A stretch of DNA of 20,000 nt from positions 3,703,600 through 3,723,599 of the forward strand of contig JAUFOQ010000002.1 of the NCBI GenBank assembly GCA_040285855.1, written 5' to 3'. This document shows positions 1 to 10,846 of this stretch, in pieces (position 1 is the stretch's first letter; each line of letters starts with the position of its first letter). Origin of the DNA: Eukaryota sp. GEM-RC1 (taxonomy: Eukaryota). The translations under genes were made by a program, and so were the position numbers. Under the pieces are notes generated by a model that saw only the letters and a list, made by a program, of their open reading frames with translations, was not told where the DNA came from and did no database searches.

Positions 1-1462
1 TCTCAATCAGGAGTCAAGCAAGGAGATCCATTGGGCACCTTCTTTTTCTGCTCGGCCATTAACCCCATTTTACAATTTCTCAAAAGAAGTATGAAGATTT
101 GGAAATTGTTGCTTACATGGACGACATTTCGTTAATTGCACCAAAGTCTACTTTGGAAAAGTTGCATCGGAAGTTTCTATTTTGTTTGTATATAAAGAAA
201 TAGGCCTTGAACTCAACATTGCTAAATGTTTTTAAAATTGCTGATCATTTAGAAGAATGATAGGCAATCTGGACTTTGAGGATATTGATTATTAGATGTA
301 TGTACACTGTATTGTTATTGTCAATAAAAACTGTTAGACAAAAACATTTAGAAGAACTGGTAATTGATGATATTAATGTCCCTTTCATTAATTATCGTTC
401 ATCTGGCTTTCGTTTTCTTGGTTGTTATCTCGGAAACAATGAACAAATTGAGAAAAAGTTGGACGAATATCTTGTTGAAATTCAAAGTGAACTGAATCAA
501 AGCCCTGGCTCTAGAAAAACACTTGAATTTATTTCTGCTGAAAGTGTGTTATTCTGGCAGAATCACCCGTCTTTTACGATCTCTGGCCCCTGAGTTATCA
601 ATTGATTTCTGTCGGGCTTTCAACAAAATTAGAACAGAATTCTTGGCTTATCTTTTGCAAGTCAACCGGAATTTATTGAAAAATTATATTTTCTCTAATG
701 TCAATTTAGGTGGAATAGGGTTTACAAGTTCTAGATACTGGACAAAAGCTGCTTTCATTGGTGGAGGGAAAAACTTAATATTTGAATTTAGTCAGAGATA
801 TCCTGACAAATTGTGTCTTCTAGAATCTGTAAACAGTTTCTATTTGAATAGTCTTCGTAAAGAAGTCAGTTCACTTAGTCCAGAAGTTTGGTCCACTTGT
901 TTTCCGAGAGAAATTCAGGATATCCCAGAAAGAAGTTTGGTTTCTTCAAGGTTTGCTCTAAAAAAGCTTCAGCATCATCTTTCGAAACATTTTGAAAGTT
1001 TGGATTTTGTTGTTCGCATTAGCTCGGCTAAATAAACTAATCCTACTTTCGCTAATTTTCTGTTAGAATTAAAGGATAGCTCTGCATCAGCTTACCTCAA
1101 TCAAATTCCACAAATTTACGGATTGTTACTAGGTGATCATCAGTGGACCACTACAATGCGTTTAAGATGCTTTTGATGGCCTCATAATCTACCCAATGAT
1201 TGTTACGGCAAATGTGGACAATTGGTAACGTTATCTCATACATTTTCATGTTCACATTACATAACTTATCGATCTGCTATCCATGACCCTGTACGCGATC
1301 AACTACATGCCATGTGCAAATCTTACAAAGTTGAATGCTTCATTGAACCTTTGCTCAGATCTCTTGACATCAATCGACATTCCAAAAAGAAAATTCTTAT
1401 GGGCAAAGATGTGCTGACTTGATTATACCTTCATCTTCTGAATCTCTGACAGTTATCGATGT
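1..1462 (+). pseudogene. Reverse transcriptase C-terminal half, Zn-knuckle and start of the REL endonuclease (frameshifted, in-frame stops)
   Basis: QGDPLG and YMDD motifs. ORF-track fragments 276-593, 523-1035 and 1222-1422 are pieces of one disrupted reading frame. Confidence 0.85.
258..344 (+). mobile_element. 87-bp extremely 5'-truncated non-LTR insertion with 12-bp TSD
   Basis: CATTTAGAAGAA at 246-257 and 345-356. Insert encodes GNLDFEDIDY* (compare family A end CFDDIEY*), followed by AATAAA and a terminal A5. Confidence 0.75.
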
Positions 1463-2290
1463 AAAAAAACGGATTTATGTGCGGAGAAAAACACATAATA
1501 AGATACGTACAAATAAATAAACACTATTAAAACAAATTATCAAATGAACTACCTAATTCCGAAAAGTAGTTGCCTCCAAACAACTTGGACAAAATGGAAT
1601 CAACATATCTATACATAGACCTAAAAATCGAAAAAGCAAATTTACTCTTCTAGTACGATCTGTTAAACTTCTTGCCAAATTCTGAACACAAATTTTTAAA
1701 TAAACTTAAAAACTCCTTGGTAGAAGAACCGAAATTTCCGTACAATGAAACTGCAAAAGGCTGAAAGACGATATTATTGTGTCTTCGTGAATTCAATGCA
1801 GCAACTTGATGTCCGTACTTAGACACTTTGGCGTTCTCAGCGTCTTTCAGCGGATCATTTGAGGGATTCAAAATGTTGGCAATAGCTGAAGCTTTGCAAG
1901 GATCAACGGTCGTAAAATCAACAACAATTTCTTGGCATGACAACCAAGGGCCAATAAAATCACCACGTTTCTGAGTAGAATCAGGGTGATCTGAAAGATG
2001 AGAAAGTAATGGTTCGACTTTGCCATGGAAACAATTCGCCTTAAACATTTCCAAACATGTATCTCGAAGACTGTTGTGCAAAATTAAACGACAATATATG
2101 AACTTTGAACAATTGACCAAATGATGAAAGCTAGCCTTACGTTGGTTTTTACAGATACACGTGCTGTTCTGTAACAAACCAAATGGCCAAAAACCTAAAC
2201 GAAGTCTCATGTTAACAAGCCATTCATGATCTTTTAGATTAAAAATAAATCTCCCTGGCAATTGAGTAATGAAAGTAGATGCTGAATCAA
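1463..2290 (-). mobile_element. 5'-truncated REL non-LTR element ('family B') inserted antisense into the family A endonuclease domain, with 12-bp TSD
   Basis: AGTTATCGATGT at 1451-1462 and 2291-2302. The host protein LTVIDV resumes as VIDVVSVDVC after the insert. Confidence 0.8.
1527..2285 (-). pseudogene. Zn-knuckle plus restriction-like (PD-D/ExK-type) endonuclease domain of family B
   Basis: ORF 1650-2261: CICK..HLVNC..HN.LRD..EP..RGD..VDFTTVDP..AE..K..KY..PFAVSLYG.FG. The frame continues past TAG 1650 (W in family A: RSFW versus RSY*) as KSKFAFSIFRSMYRYVDSILSKLFG to TAA at 1527. Confidence 0.8.
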
Positions 2291-2835
2291 AGTTATCGAT
2301 GTTGTTTCAGTGGATGTGTGCAAAAAAAGTTGTAACAAGTTTGTTACAAAGGAAATCTCGCCTTTAGACATTGCTGAAAATAACAAGCAAAGAAAGTATG
2401 CTGATCCTTTGAAAGACCTGAAACACATTGTCCATGTTGAATATCCACTTGTCCCATTTGCGATTTCCATATATGGTAGATTAGGCAAATTGGCCTTGAA
2501 GTTCCTTGATGAATTTGCAAGGTTGTAGCTCGTAGAACTAACAAAATATTTGATCGTTCTATTTGGCAGAACCGAATTGTCTTTACGATTCTAAAGGCAG
2601 TTCCCACAATGATTTCAAAAGCTTTGTTATCCCTAAGTGTGTTATATGAAGACCAAGCTTCAACAAGGTTCGATTCGAAGGAATCTTGTTTTGATGACAT
2701 TGAGTATTAGATCATCTTTTTTATATTCGAATAAATGTACGATATATTAAAAAAGTTTGTTAATATACATAGTATCACATACTAGTATATTAACACAAAT
2801 TGACGAAGAAAATTAATACGAACTGCATTAGCTTG

Positions 2836-3080
2836 ACCAAAGTTAAATGTATAACTTTTAATGCATTTTTTCAAGACATCAGCATCTACTTTCATTATTC
2901 AATTGGCAGGGAGGTTTATTTATAATCTAAAAGTTCATGAATGGCTTTTTTAACATGAGACTTCGTTTAGGTTTTTGGCCATTTGGCTTGTTACAAAACA
3001 GTGTGTGTATCTGTAAACACAAACCGAAGACTGGCTTTCACTGTTTGATACATTGTCCAAAGTTCAATTTTGCACAATAA
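2836..3080 (+). pseudogene. Internal fragment of a family B-like non-LTR element (pre-knuckle and knuckle region); repeated at ~5670-5911, ~8500-8744, ~11350-11595, ~14198-14441
   Basis: SASTFIIQLAGRFIFNLKDHEWLVNMRLRLGFWPFGLLQNSVCICK nearly matches the minus-strand family B copy at ~2072-2285. Confidence 0.8.
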
Positions 3081-3250
3081 TCATAGATAACAAAAATATC
3101 TTTTATCTCTCAAAGATACATAAAATCTAAAGATGTAAACAAAATTAACAATACTAATCCACGACATGGTCTTGAACCCCAAAGAGTCTCATCAAAATTC
3201 CGTCGAATTACTGGAAACATTGAACGAAATACAGAAAAAACAAGACAATC
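3081..3250 (-). pseudogene. 3' terminal fragment of a third REL non-LTR family ('family C'), present in every unit
   Basis: Minus strand reads LVFSVFRSMFQ*FDGILMRLFGVQDHVVD* in units 2 and 5 (frameshifted by one base in units 1, 3, 4). It is colinear with the family B C-terminus FAFSIFRSMYRYVDSILSKLFG and followed by a T-rich UTR. Confidence 0.55.
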
Positions 3251-3310
3251 TGATACCGTTTGGCTACAAAGGGTAGGGAAAAGATGTTTATAAATTAAAT
3301 AATATGATCT

Positions 3311-3330
3311 TGTAACACTTCACTACCACC
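3311..3330 (-). other. Possible polypurine tract and start of a truncated 3' LTR (GGTGGTAGTGAAG|TGTTACA)
   Basis: Purine-rich run directly before TGTTACA, downstream of the pol C-terminus. Same motif at 6141, 8975, 11826, 14661. No LTR CA end found. Confidence 0.4.
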
Positions 3331-3809
3331 TGTGGCTAACATTACCTCTTCTCTTCTTTCGAGCTCCTAGTTCTCTTTGCTACAGGTGTCTTAAATTTGG
3401 AAGACGTCTCCGGACTACCCTTCCTTTTTTCTTAGGTACGTTTAAGCTTAGTGTTGTTATTACTAGAGCTGTTTCTATTGTCACGAAATAAATCTAAATT
3501 GTCTAATTTTACAAAGTCACTATACGCTTTGGTGTTCTTGATGTCCTTGATGGGAACTGATGAAGTATCACCACCAAACCAAAGTACAGTGCAGAATTCT
3601 CCATCGGGTGTATCAAACCTATCTAGGATCTTAACCACGATGTGTTCTTCAGAATCCCCAGAAGCAATTGCTCTGTGGAGATCATGATCAGCAGGCAGAT
3701 CTGATTGAAAGATCTTACATTGATGAATGCTAGTCTTACTAACATATCCAGTGATCAGATTCTTTAATGAAACAGAAGATTTTGAATCAACTGAGACAAC
3801 TAGAAAAGG

Positions 3810-5063
3810 TCAAGTGTAGTTTCCATGGAGCTTACTAGTTTTGGCGACCTTTAACACAAGATCTCCAATCTTAAATGATTGACTAGTGTTAAACTTCTTC
3901 TTAGGCTTGAGTACTGATTGACGATCCTCTGCCTCTTCTCTTTTTTTCGTTAAACGTTCTAGTTTCATTTTAATGTCGTTAATAAACGAAACGTTCTTTG
4001 TTGATTTCTCAACAGCATCTAGTAAACCACTAGGATCTGCACCAGGACTTATGTCACTACCAAACATCAGTTCGTAAGGAGTATGCCCAGTTATTGAACT
4101 CTTTGTTGCGTTGATTTGCAACTGTACAGTTGGAATGTACGTTGACCAATTGACATAATCATTGAAGTCCACAAGGAGACGACGTAGGCATTGCAGAACG
4201 TCTCTGTGACGTCGTTCCACCAGTCCATTACTCTCGGAGAAATGAGGAATCGAACGACTTACTTCAATCGCCAGTAGGTTACATATTGCCTCGAAAATAG
4301 CATTGGCAAACTCCGTACCATTATCACTATGGATACAAAACGGTATTCCAAAGATAGCAATCACATCCCACACAAGACGATATGCTACTTCTCCACTGTT
4401 AAGTTCTTCGAGGGGGCTCAAAATGGTGTATCTGGTGAAAGAATCTACAAACACCAATAGGAATTGGTTTCCATTTTGATCTTTTGGAAGTGGACCGATT
4501 GTGTCGACATTAAGTCTAGCAAAAGGTCTATCAGCCCATAGAGAACCCGTCGATTCAATTATCTTTTTAGGGATAGTTGCCGTTTTCTGACACGCATGGC
4601 ATTGCTGAACATGTTTTATCATGTCTGCTTTCATACTTGGCCAAAAGTAACCACTATTGAACAATATTTCCAAACTTCGTTTCTTGTTTGGGTGTCCTGA
4701 CTGGACTAAGCCATGTAGCATGTGAAGAACTTTCTTTATTAAGCTAGATGGAATCAAAATCTTGTTCTTTGAGTTCATGTATACATTACTCATTGTACAC
4801 AAAGTTGAACCATTAAACAGTTGATCTCCTTGTTCTATCGCTTTAGATTGTTCTGACCTAATGGCGGATAGCCAAGAGTCAAATAAAGGAAGTTTATTGT
4901 CTGTTGAGAGATTACGAAGACACTTGATAGCTAATACGTTGGAATCACGTGGAAGCATCTCAACACAGTCTGCATCATCATAAAGTAAGCCTTCATAAGA
5001 AAGGGTTAAATCACTTTTGATGGAAAGATTTGATTGTTTCAACTGGGCGTCGGTCAATAACAC
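3810..5063 (-). pseudogene. Retrotransposon integrase (HHCC and DDE core open; N-terminus frameshifted by a 17-bp deletion; TGA in the GPF motif)
   Basis: 417-aa ORF with integrase motifs. The same frame continues past TGA 3810 into the chromodomain-like ORF 3432-3638. Confidence 0.9.
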
Positions 5064-5147
5064 GTGACAACATGTCAGCCCATTGATTGTTTGTACCAGC
5101 TACATGTACTATCTCAAAATCGAACTCTGAGAAAGTTGGAATCCATC

Positions 5148-5163
5148 GGTTAGGGTTAGGGTT
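5148..5163 (+). repeat. Interstitial telomeric tract GGTTAGGGTTAGGGTT at unit junction 1
   Basis: Read directly; same orientation as the terminal telomere. Confidence 0.95.
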
Positions 5164-5587
5164 GTAACAAGTTTGTTTCAAAGGAAATCTTGCCTTTAGA
5201 CATTGCTGAAAATAACAAGCAAAGAAAGTATGCTGATCCTTTAAAAGACCTGAAACACATTGTCCATGTTGAACATCCACTTGTCCCGTTTTGCGATTTC
5301 CATATAAGGTAGATTAGGCAAATTGGCCTTGAAGTTCCTTGATGTATTTGCAAAGGTTGTAGCTCGTAGAACTAACAAAATATTTGATCGTTCTTTTGGC
5401 AGAACCGAATTGTCTTTACGATTCAAAAAGCAGTTCCCACAATGATTTCAAACGCTTTGTTATCCCTAAGTGTGTTTTATGAAGAACAAGCTTCAACAAG
5501 GTTCGATTCGAAGGAATCTTGTTTTGATGACATTGAGTATTAGATCATCTTTTTATTTTCGAATAAATGTACGATATATTAAAAAAA
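5161..5587 (+). pseudogene. Family A 3' fragment (REL C-terminus, AATAAA, A-tail); also at 7991-8419, 10844-11271, 13691-14117
   Basis: Homologous to 2329-2754; ends SCFDDIEY*. Confidence 0.85.
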
Positions 5588-6140
5588 GTTTGTTAATATA
5601 CATAGTATCACATACTAGTATATTAAAACAAATTGATGAAGAAAATTAATACGAACTGCATTAGCTTGACCAAAGTTAAATGTCCAACTTTTAATCATTT
5701 TTTCAAGACATCAGCATCTACTTTCATTATTCAATTGGCAGGGAGGTTTATTTTTAATCTAAAAGATCATGAATGGCTTGTTAACATGAGACTTCGTTTA
5801 GGTTTTTGGCCATTTGGCTTGTTACAGAACAGTGTGTGTATCTGTAAACACAAACCGAAGACTGGCTTTCACTGTTTGATACATTGTCCAAAGTTCAATT
5901 TTGCACAATAATCATAGATAACAAAAATATCTTTTATCTCTCAAAGATACATAAAATCTAAAGATGTAAACAAAATTCACAATACTAATCCACGACATGG
6001 TCTTGAACCCCAAAGAGTCTCATCAAAATTCCGTCGAATTACTGAAACATTGAACGAAATACAGAAAAAACAAGACAATCTGATACCGTTTGGCTACAAA
6101 GGGTAGGGAAAAGATGTTTATAAATTAAATAATATGATCT

Positions 6141-7977
6141 TGTAACACTTCACTACCACCTGTGGCTAACATTACCTCTTCTCTTCTTTCGAGCTCCTAG
6201 TTCTCTTTGCTACAGGTGTCTTAAATTTGGAAGACGTCTCCGGACTACCCTTCCTTTTTTTCTTAGGTACGTTTAAGCTTAGTGTTGTTATTACTAGAGC
6301 TGTTTCTATTGTCACGAAATAAATCTAAATTGTCTAATTTTACAAAGTCACTATACGCTTTGGTGTTCTTGATGTCCTTGATGGGAACTGATGAAGTATC
6401 ACCACCAAACCAAAGTACAGTGCAGAATTCTCCATCGGGTGTATCAAACCTATCTAGGATCTTAACCACGATGTGTTCTTCAGAATCCCCAGAAGCAATT
6501 GCTCTGTGGAGATCATGATCAGCAGGCAGATCTGATTGAAAGATCTTACATTGATGAATGCTAGTCTTACTAACATATCCAGTGATCAGATTCTTTAATG
6601 AAACAGAAGATTTTGAATCAACTGAGACAACTAGAAAAGGTCAAGTGTAGTTTCCATGGAGCTTACTAGTTTTGGCGACCTTTAACACAAGATCTCCAAT
6701 CTTAAATGATTGACTAGTGTTAAACTTCTTCTTAGGCTTGAGTACTGATTGACGATCCTCTGCCTCTTCTCTTTTTTTCGTTAAACGTTCTAGTTTCATT
6801 TTAATGTCGTTAATAAACGAAACGTTCTTTGTTGATTTCTCAACAGCATCTAGTAAACCACTAGGATCTGCACCAGGACTTATGTCACTACCAAACATCA
6901 GTTCGTAAGGAGTATGCCCAGTTATTGAACTCTTTGTTGCGTTGATTTGCAACTGTACAGTTGGAATGTACGTTGACCAATTGACATAATCATTGAAGTC
7001 CACAAGGAGACGACGTAGGCATTGCAGAACGTCTCTGTGACGTCGTTCCACCAGTCCATTACTCTCGGAGAAATGAGGAATCGAACGACTTACTTCAATC
7101 GCCAGTAGGTTACATATTGCCTCGAAAATAGCATTGGCAAACTCCGTACCATTATCACTATGGATACAAAACGGTATTCCAAAGATAGCAATCACATCCC
7201 ACACAAGACGATATGCTACTTCTCCACTGTTAAGTTCTTCGAGGGGGCTCAAAATGGTGTATCTGGTGAAAGAATCTACAAACACCAATAGGAATTGGTT
7301 TCCATTTTGATCTTTTGGAAGTGGACCGATTGTGTCGACATTAAGTCTAGCAAAAGGTCTATCAGCCCATAGAGAACCCGTCGATTCAATTATCTTTTAG
7401 GGATAGTTGCCGTTTTCTGACACGCATGGCATTGCTGAACATGTTTTATCATGTCTGCTTTCATACTTGGCCAAAAGTAACCACTATTGAACAATATTTC
7501 CAAACTTCGTTTCTTGTTTGGGTGTCCTGACTGGACTAAGCCATGTAGCATGTGAAGAACTTTCTTTATTAAGCTAGATGGAATCAAAATCTTGTTCTTT
7601 GAGTTCATGTATACATTACTCATTGTACACAAAGTTGAACCATTAAACAGTTGATCTCCTTGTTCTATCGCTTTAGATTGTTCTGACCTAATGGCGGATA
7701 GCCAAGAGTCAAATAAAGGAAGTTTATTGTCTGTTGAGAGATTACGAAGACACTTGATAGCTAATACGTTGGAATCACGTGGAAGCATCTCAACACAGTC
7801 TGCATCATCATAAAGTAAGCCTTCATAAGAAAGGGTTAAATCACTTTTGATGGAAAGATTTGATTGTTTCAACTGGGCGTCGGTCAATAACACGTGACAA
7901 CATGTCAGCCCATTGATTGTTTGTACCAGCTACATGTACTATCTCAAAATCGAACTCTGAGAAAGTTGGAATCCATC
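6141..7977 (-). mobile_element. Ty3/Gypsy pol fragment, copy 2
   Basis: ORFs 6263-6469, 6641-7288 and 7390-7893; 1-bp T-run frameshift near 7395. Confidence 0.92.
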
Positions 7978-7993
7978 GGTTAGGGTTAGGGTT
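7978..7993 (+). repeat. Interstitial telomeric tract at unit junction 2
   Basis: GGTTAGGGTTAGGGTT. Confidence 0.95.
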
Positions 7994-8974
7994 GTAACAA
8001 GTTTGTTTCAAAGGAAATCTTGCCTTTAGACATTGCTGAAAATAACAAGCAAAGAAAGTATGCTGATCCTTTAAAAGACCTGAAACACATTGTCCATGTT
8101 GAACATCCACTTGTCCCGTTTTGCGATTTCCATATAAGGTAGATTAGGCAAATTGGCCTTGAAGTTCCTTGATGTATTTGCAAAGGTTGTAGCTCGTAGA
8201 ACTAACAAAATATTTGATCGTTCTTTTTGGCAGAACCGAATTGTCTTTACGATTCAAAAAGCAGTTCCCACAATGATTTCAAACGCTTTGTTATCCCTAA
8301 GTGTGTTTTATGAAGAACAAGCTTCAACAAGGTTCGATTCGAAGGAATCTTGTTTTGATGACATTGAGTATTAGATCATCTTTTTTATTTTCGAATAAAT
8401 GTACGATATATTAAAAAAAGTTTGTTAATATACATAGTATCACATACTAGTATATTAAAACAAATTGATGAAGAAAATTAATACGAACTGCATTAGCTTG
8501 ACCAAAGTTAAATGTCCAACTTTTAATCATTTTTTCAAGACATCAGCATCTACTTTCATTATTCAATTGGCAGGGAGGTTTATTTTTAATCTAAAAAGAT
8601 CATGAATGGCTTGTTAACATGAGACTTCGTTTAGGTTTTTGGCCATTTGGCTTGTTACAGAACAGTGTGTGTATCTGTAAACACAAACCGAAGACTGGCT
8701 TTCACTGTTTGATACATTGTCCAAAGTTCAATTTTGCACAATAATCATAGATAACAAAAACATCTTTTATCTCTCAAAGATACATAAAATCTAAAGACGT
8801 AAACAAAATTAACAATACTAATCCACGACATGGTCTTGAACCCCAAAGAGTCTCATCAAAATTCCGTCGAATTACTGGAAACATTGAACGAAATACAGAA
8901 AAAACAAGACAATCTGATACCGTTTGGCTACAAAGGGTAGGAAAAAGATGTTTATAAATTAGATAATATGATCT

Positions 8975-10830
8975 TGTAACACTTCACTACCACCTGTGGC
9001 TAACATTACCTCTTCTCTTTTTCGAGCTCCTAGTTCTCTTTGCTACAGGTGTCTTAACTTTGGAAGACGTCTCCGGACTACCCTTCCTTTTTTCTTAGGT
9101 ACGTTTAAGCTTAGTGTTGTTATTACTAGAGCTGTTTCTATTGTCACGAAATAAATCTAAATTGTCTAATTTTACAAAGTTACTATACGCTTTGGTGTTC
9201 TTGATGTCTTTGATGGGAACTGATGAAGTATCACCACCAAACCAAAGTACAGTGCAGAATTCTCCATCGGGTGTATCAAACCTATCTAGGATCTTAACCA
9301 CGATGTGTTCTTCAGAATCCCCAGAAGCAATTGCTCTGTGGAGATCATGATCAGCAGGCAGCAGATCTGATTGAAAGATCTTACATTGATGAATGCTAGT
9401 CTTACTAACATATCCAGTGATCAGATTCTTTAATGAAACAGAAGATTTTGAATCAACTGAGACAACTAGAAATGGTCAAGTGTAGTTTCCATGGAGCTTA
9501 CTAGTTTTGGCGACCTTTAACACAAGATCTCCAATCTTAAATGATTGACTAGTGTTAAACTTCTTCTTAGGCTTGAGTACTGATTGACGATCCTCTGCCT
9601 CTTCTCTTTTTTTCGTTCAACGTTCTAGTTTCATTTTAATGTCGTTAATAAACGAAACGTTCTTTGTTGATTTCTCAACAGCATCTAGTAAACCACTAGG
9701 ATCTGCACCAGGACTTATGTCACTACCAAACATCAGTTCGTAAGGAGTATGCCCAGTTATTGAACTCTTTGTTGCGTTGATTTGCAACTGTGCAATTGGA
9801 ATGTACGTTGACCAATTGTCATAATCATTGAAGTCCACAAGGAGACGACGTAGGCATTGCAGAACGTCTCTGTGACGTCGTTCCACCAGTCCATTACTCT
9901 GGGAGAAATGAGGAATCGAACGACTTACTTCAATCGCCAGTAGGTTACATATTGCCTCGAAAATTGCATTGGCAAACTCCGTACCATTATCACTATGGAT
10001 ACAAAACGGTATTCCAAAGATAGCAATCACATCCCACACAAGACGATATGCTACTTCTCCACTGTTAAGTTCTTCGAGGGGGCTCAAAATGGTGTATCTG
10101 GTGAAAGAATCTACAACCACCAATAGGAATTGGTTTCCATTTTGATCTTTTGGAAGTGGACCGATTGTGTCGACATTAAGTCTGGCAAAAGGTCTATCAG
10201 CCCATAGAGAACCCGTCGATTCAATTATCTTTTTAGGGATAGTTGCCGTTTTCTGACACGCATGGCATTGCTGAACATGTTTTATCATGTCTGCTTTCAT
10301 ACTTGGCCAAAAGTAACCACTATTGAACAATATTTCCAAACTTCGTTTCTTGTTTGGGTGTCCTGACTGGACTAAGCCATGTAGCATGTGAAGAACTTTC
10401 TTTATTAAGCTAGATGGAATCAAAATCTTGTTCTTTGAGTTCATGTATACATTACTCATTGTACACAAAGTTGAACCATTAAACAGTTGATCTCCTTGTT
10501 CTATCGCTTTAGATTGTTCTGACCTAATGGTGGATAGCCAAGAGTCAAATAAAGGAAATTTATTGTCTGTTGAGAGATTACGAAGACACTTGATAGCTAA
10601 TACGTTGGAATCACGTGGAAGCATCTCAACACAGTCTGCATCATCATAAAGTAAGCCTTCATAAGAAAGGGTTAAATCACTTTTGATGGAAAGATTTGAG
10701 ATCGTTAAAGATTTGATTGTTTCAACTGGGCGTCGGTCAATAACACGTGACAACATGTCAGCCCATTGATTGTTTGTACCAGCTACATGTACTATCTCAA
10801 AATCGAACTCTGAGAAAATTGGAATCCATC
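8975..10830 (-). mobile_element. Ty3/Gypsy pol fragment, copy 3
   Basis: ORF 9617-10963 (RNase H end and integrase in one frame) and ORF 9095-9301. Confidence 0.92.
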
Positions 10831-10846
10831 GGTTAGGGTTAGGGTT
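10831..10846 (+). repeat. Interstitial telomeric tract at unit junction 3
   Basis: GGTTAGGGTTAGGGTT. Confidence 0.95.

Larger units (their letters stand above)
1..2754 (+). mobile_element. Degenerate REL-endonuclease non-LTR retrotransposon (CRE/SLACS-like, 'family A'); 5' part lies outside the window; interrupted by inserts at 258-344 and 1463-2290
   Basis: RT motifs GVKQGDPLG (10-36), VAYMDDI (~108-128), GLELNIAKC, GFRFLG and NLGGIGF. Then MRLR..WP, a Cys/His knuckle (KCG..HTFSC), H..VRD, EPLL, RCADLII and VIDV|VSVDVC..AE..K.RKY..PFAISIYGRLG. Ends DDIEY* (2709), AATAAA (2730-2735) and an A-run (2749-2754). Several frameshifts and stops. Confidence 0.85.
3311..5147 (-). mobile_element. Ty3/Gypsy (chromovirus-like) LTR retrotransposon fragment, copy 1: RNase H end, integrase, GPY/F, chromodomain-like
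   Basis: RW...FSEFDFEIVHVAGTNNQWADMLSR (RNase H end), H..GH..CHAC zinc finger, NVDTIG / HSDNG / GLVERRH (DDE), TPYELMFG, GNYT*PF, VVKILD..VLWFGGD. Confidence 0.92.

Noticed and set aside
2234..2700. Minus-strand ORFs 2234-2488 and 2344-2700, and repeats such as 5156-5353 and 5241-5426
   Set aside because: Antisense shadows of the family A REL coding strand; no motifs of their own.
3249..3258. Minus-strand CGGTATCAGA resembling a tRNA-iMet primer-binding site
   Set aside because: It lacks the TGG start, lies downstream of pol only ~60 bp into the putative LTR, and is partly deleted in unit 5.
3451..3687. Plus-strand 78-aa ORF repeated in each unit
   Set aside because: Antisense to the chromodomain-like region; its recurrence reflects the tandem duplication only.
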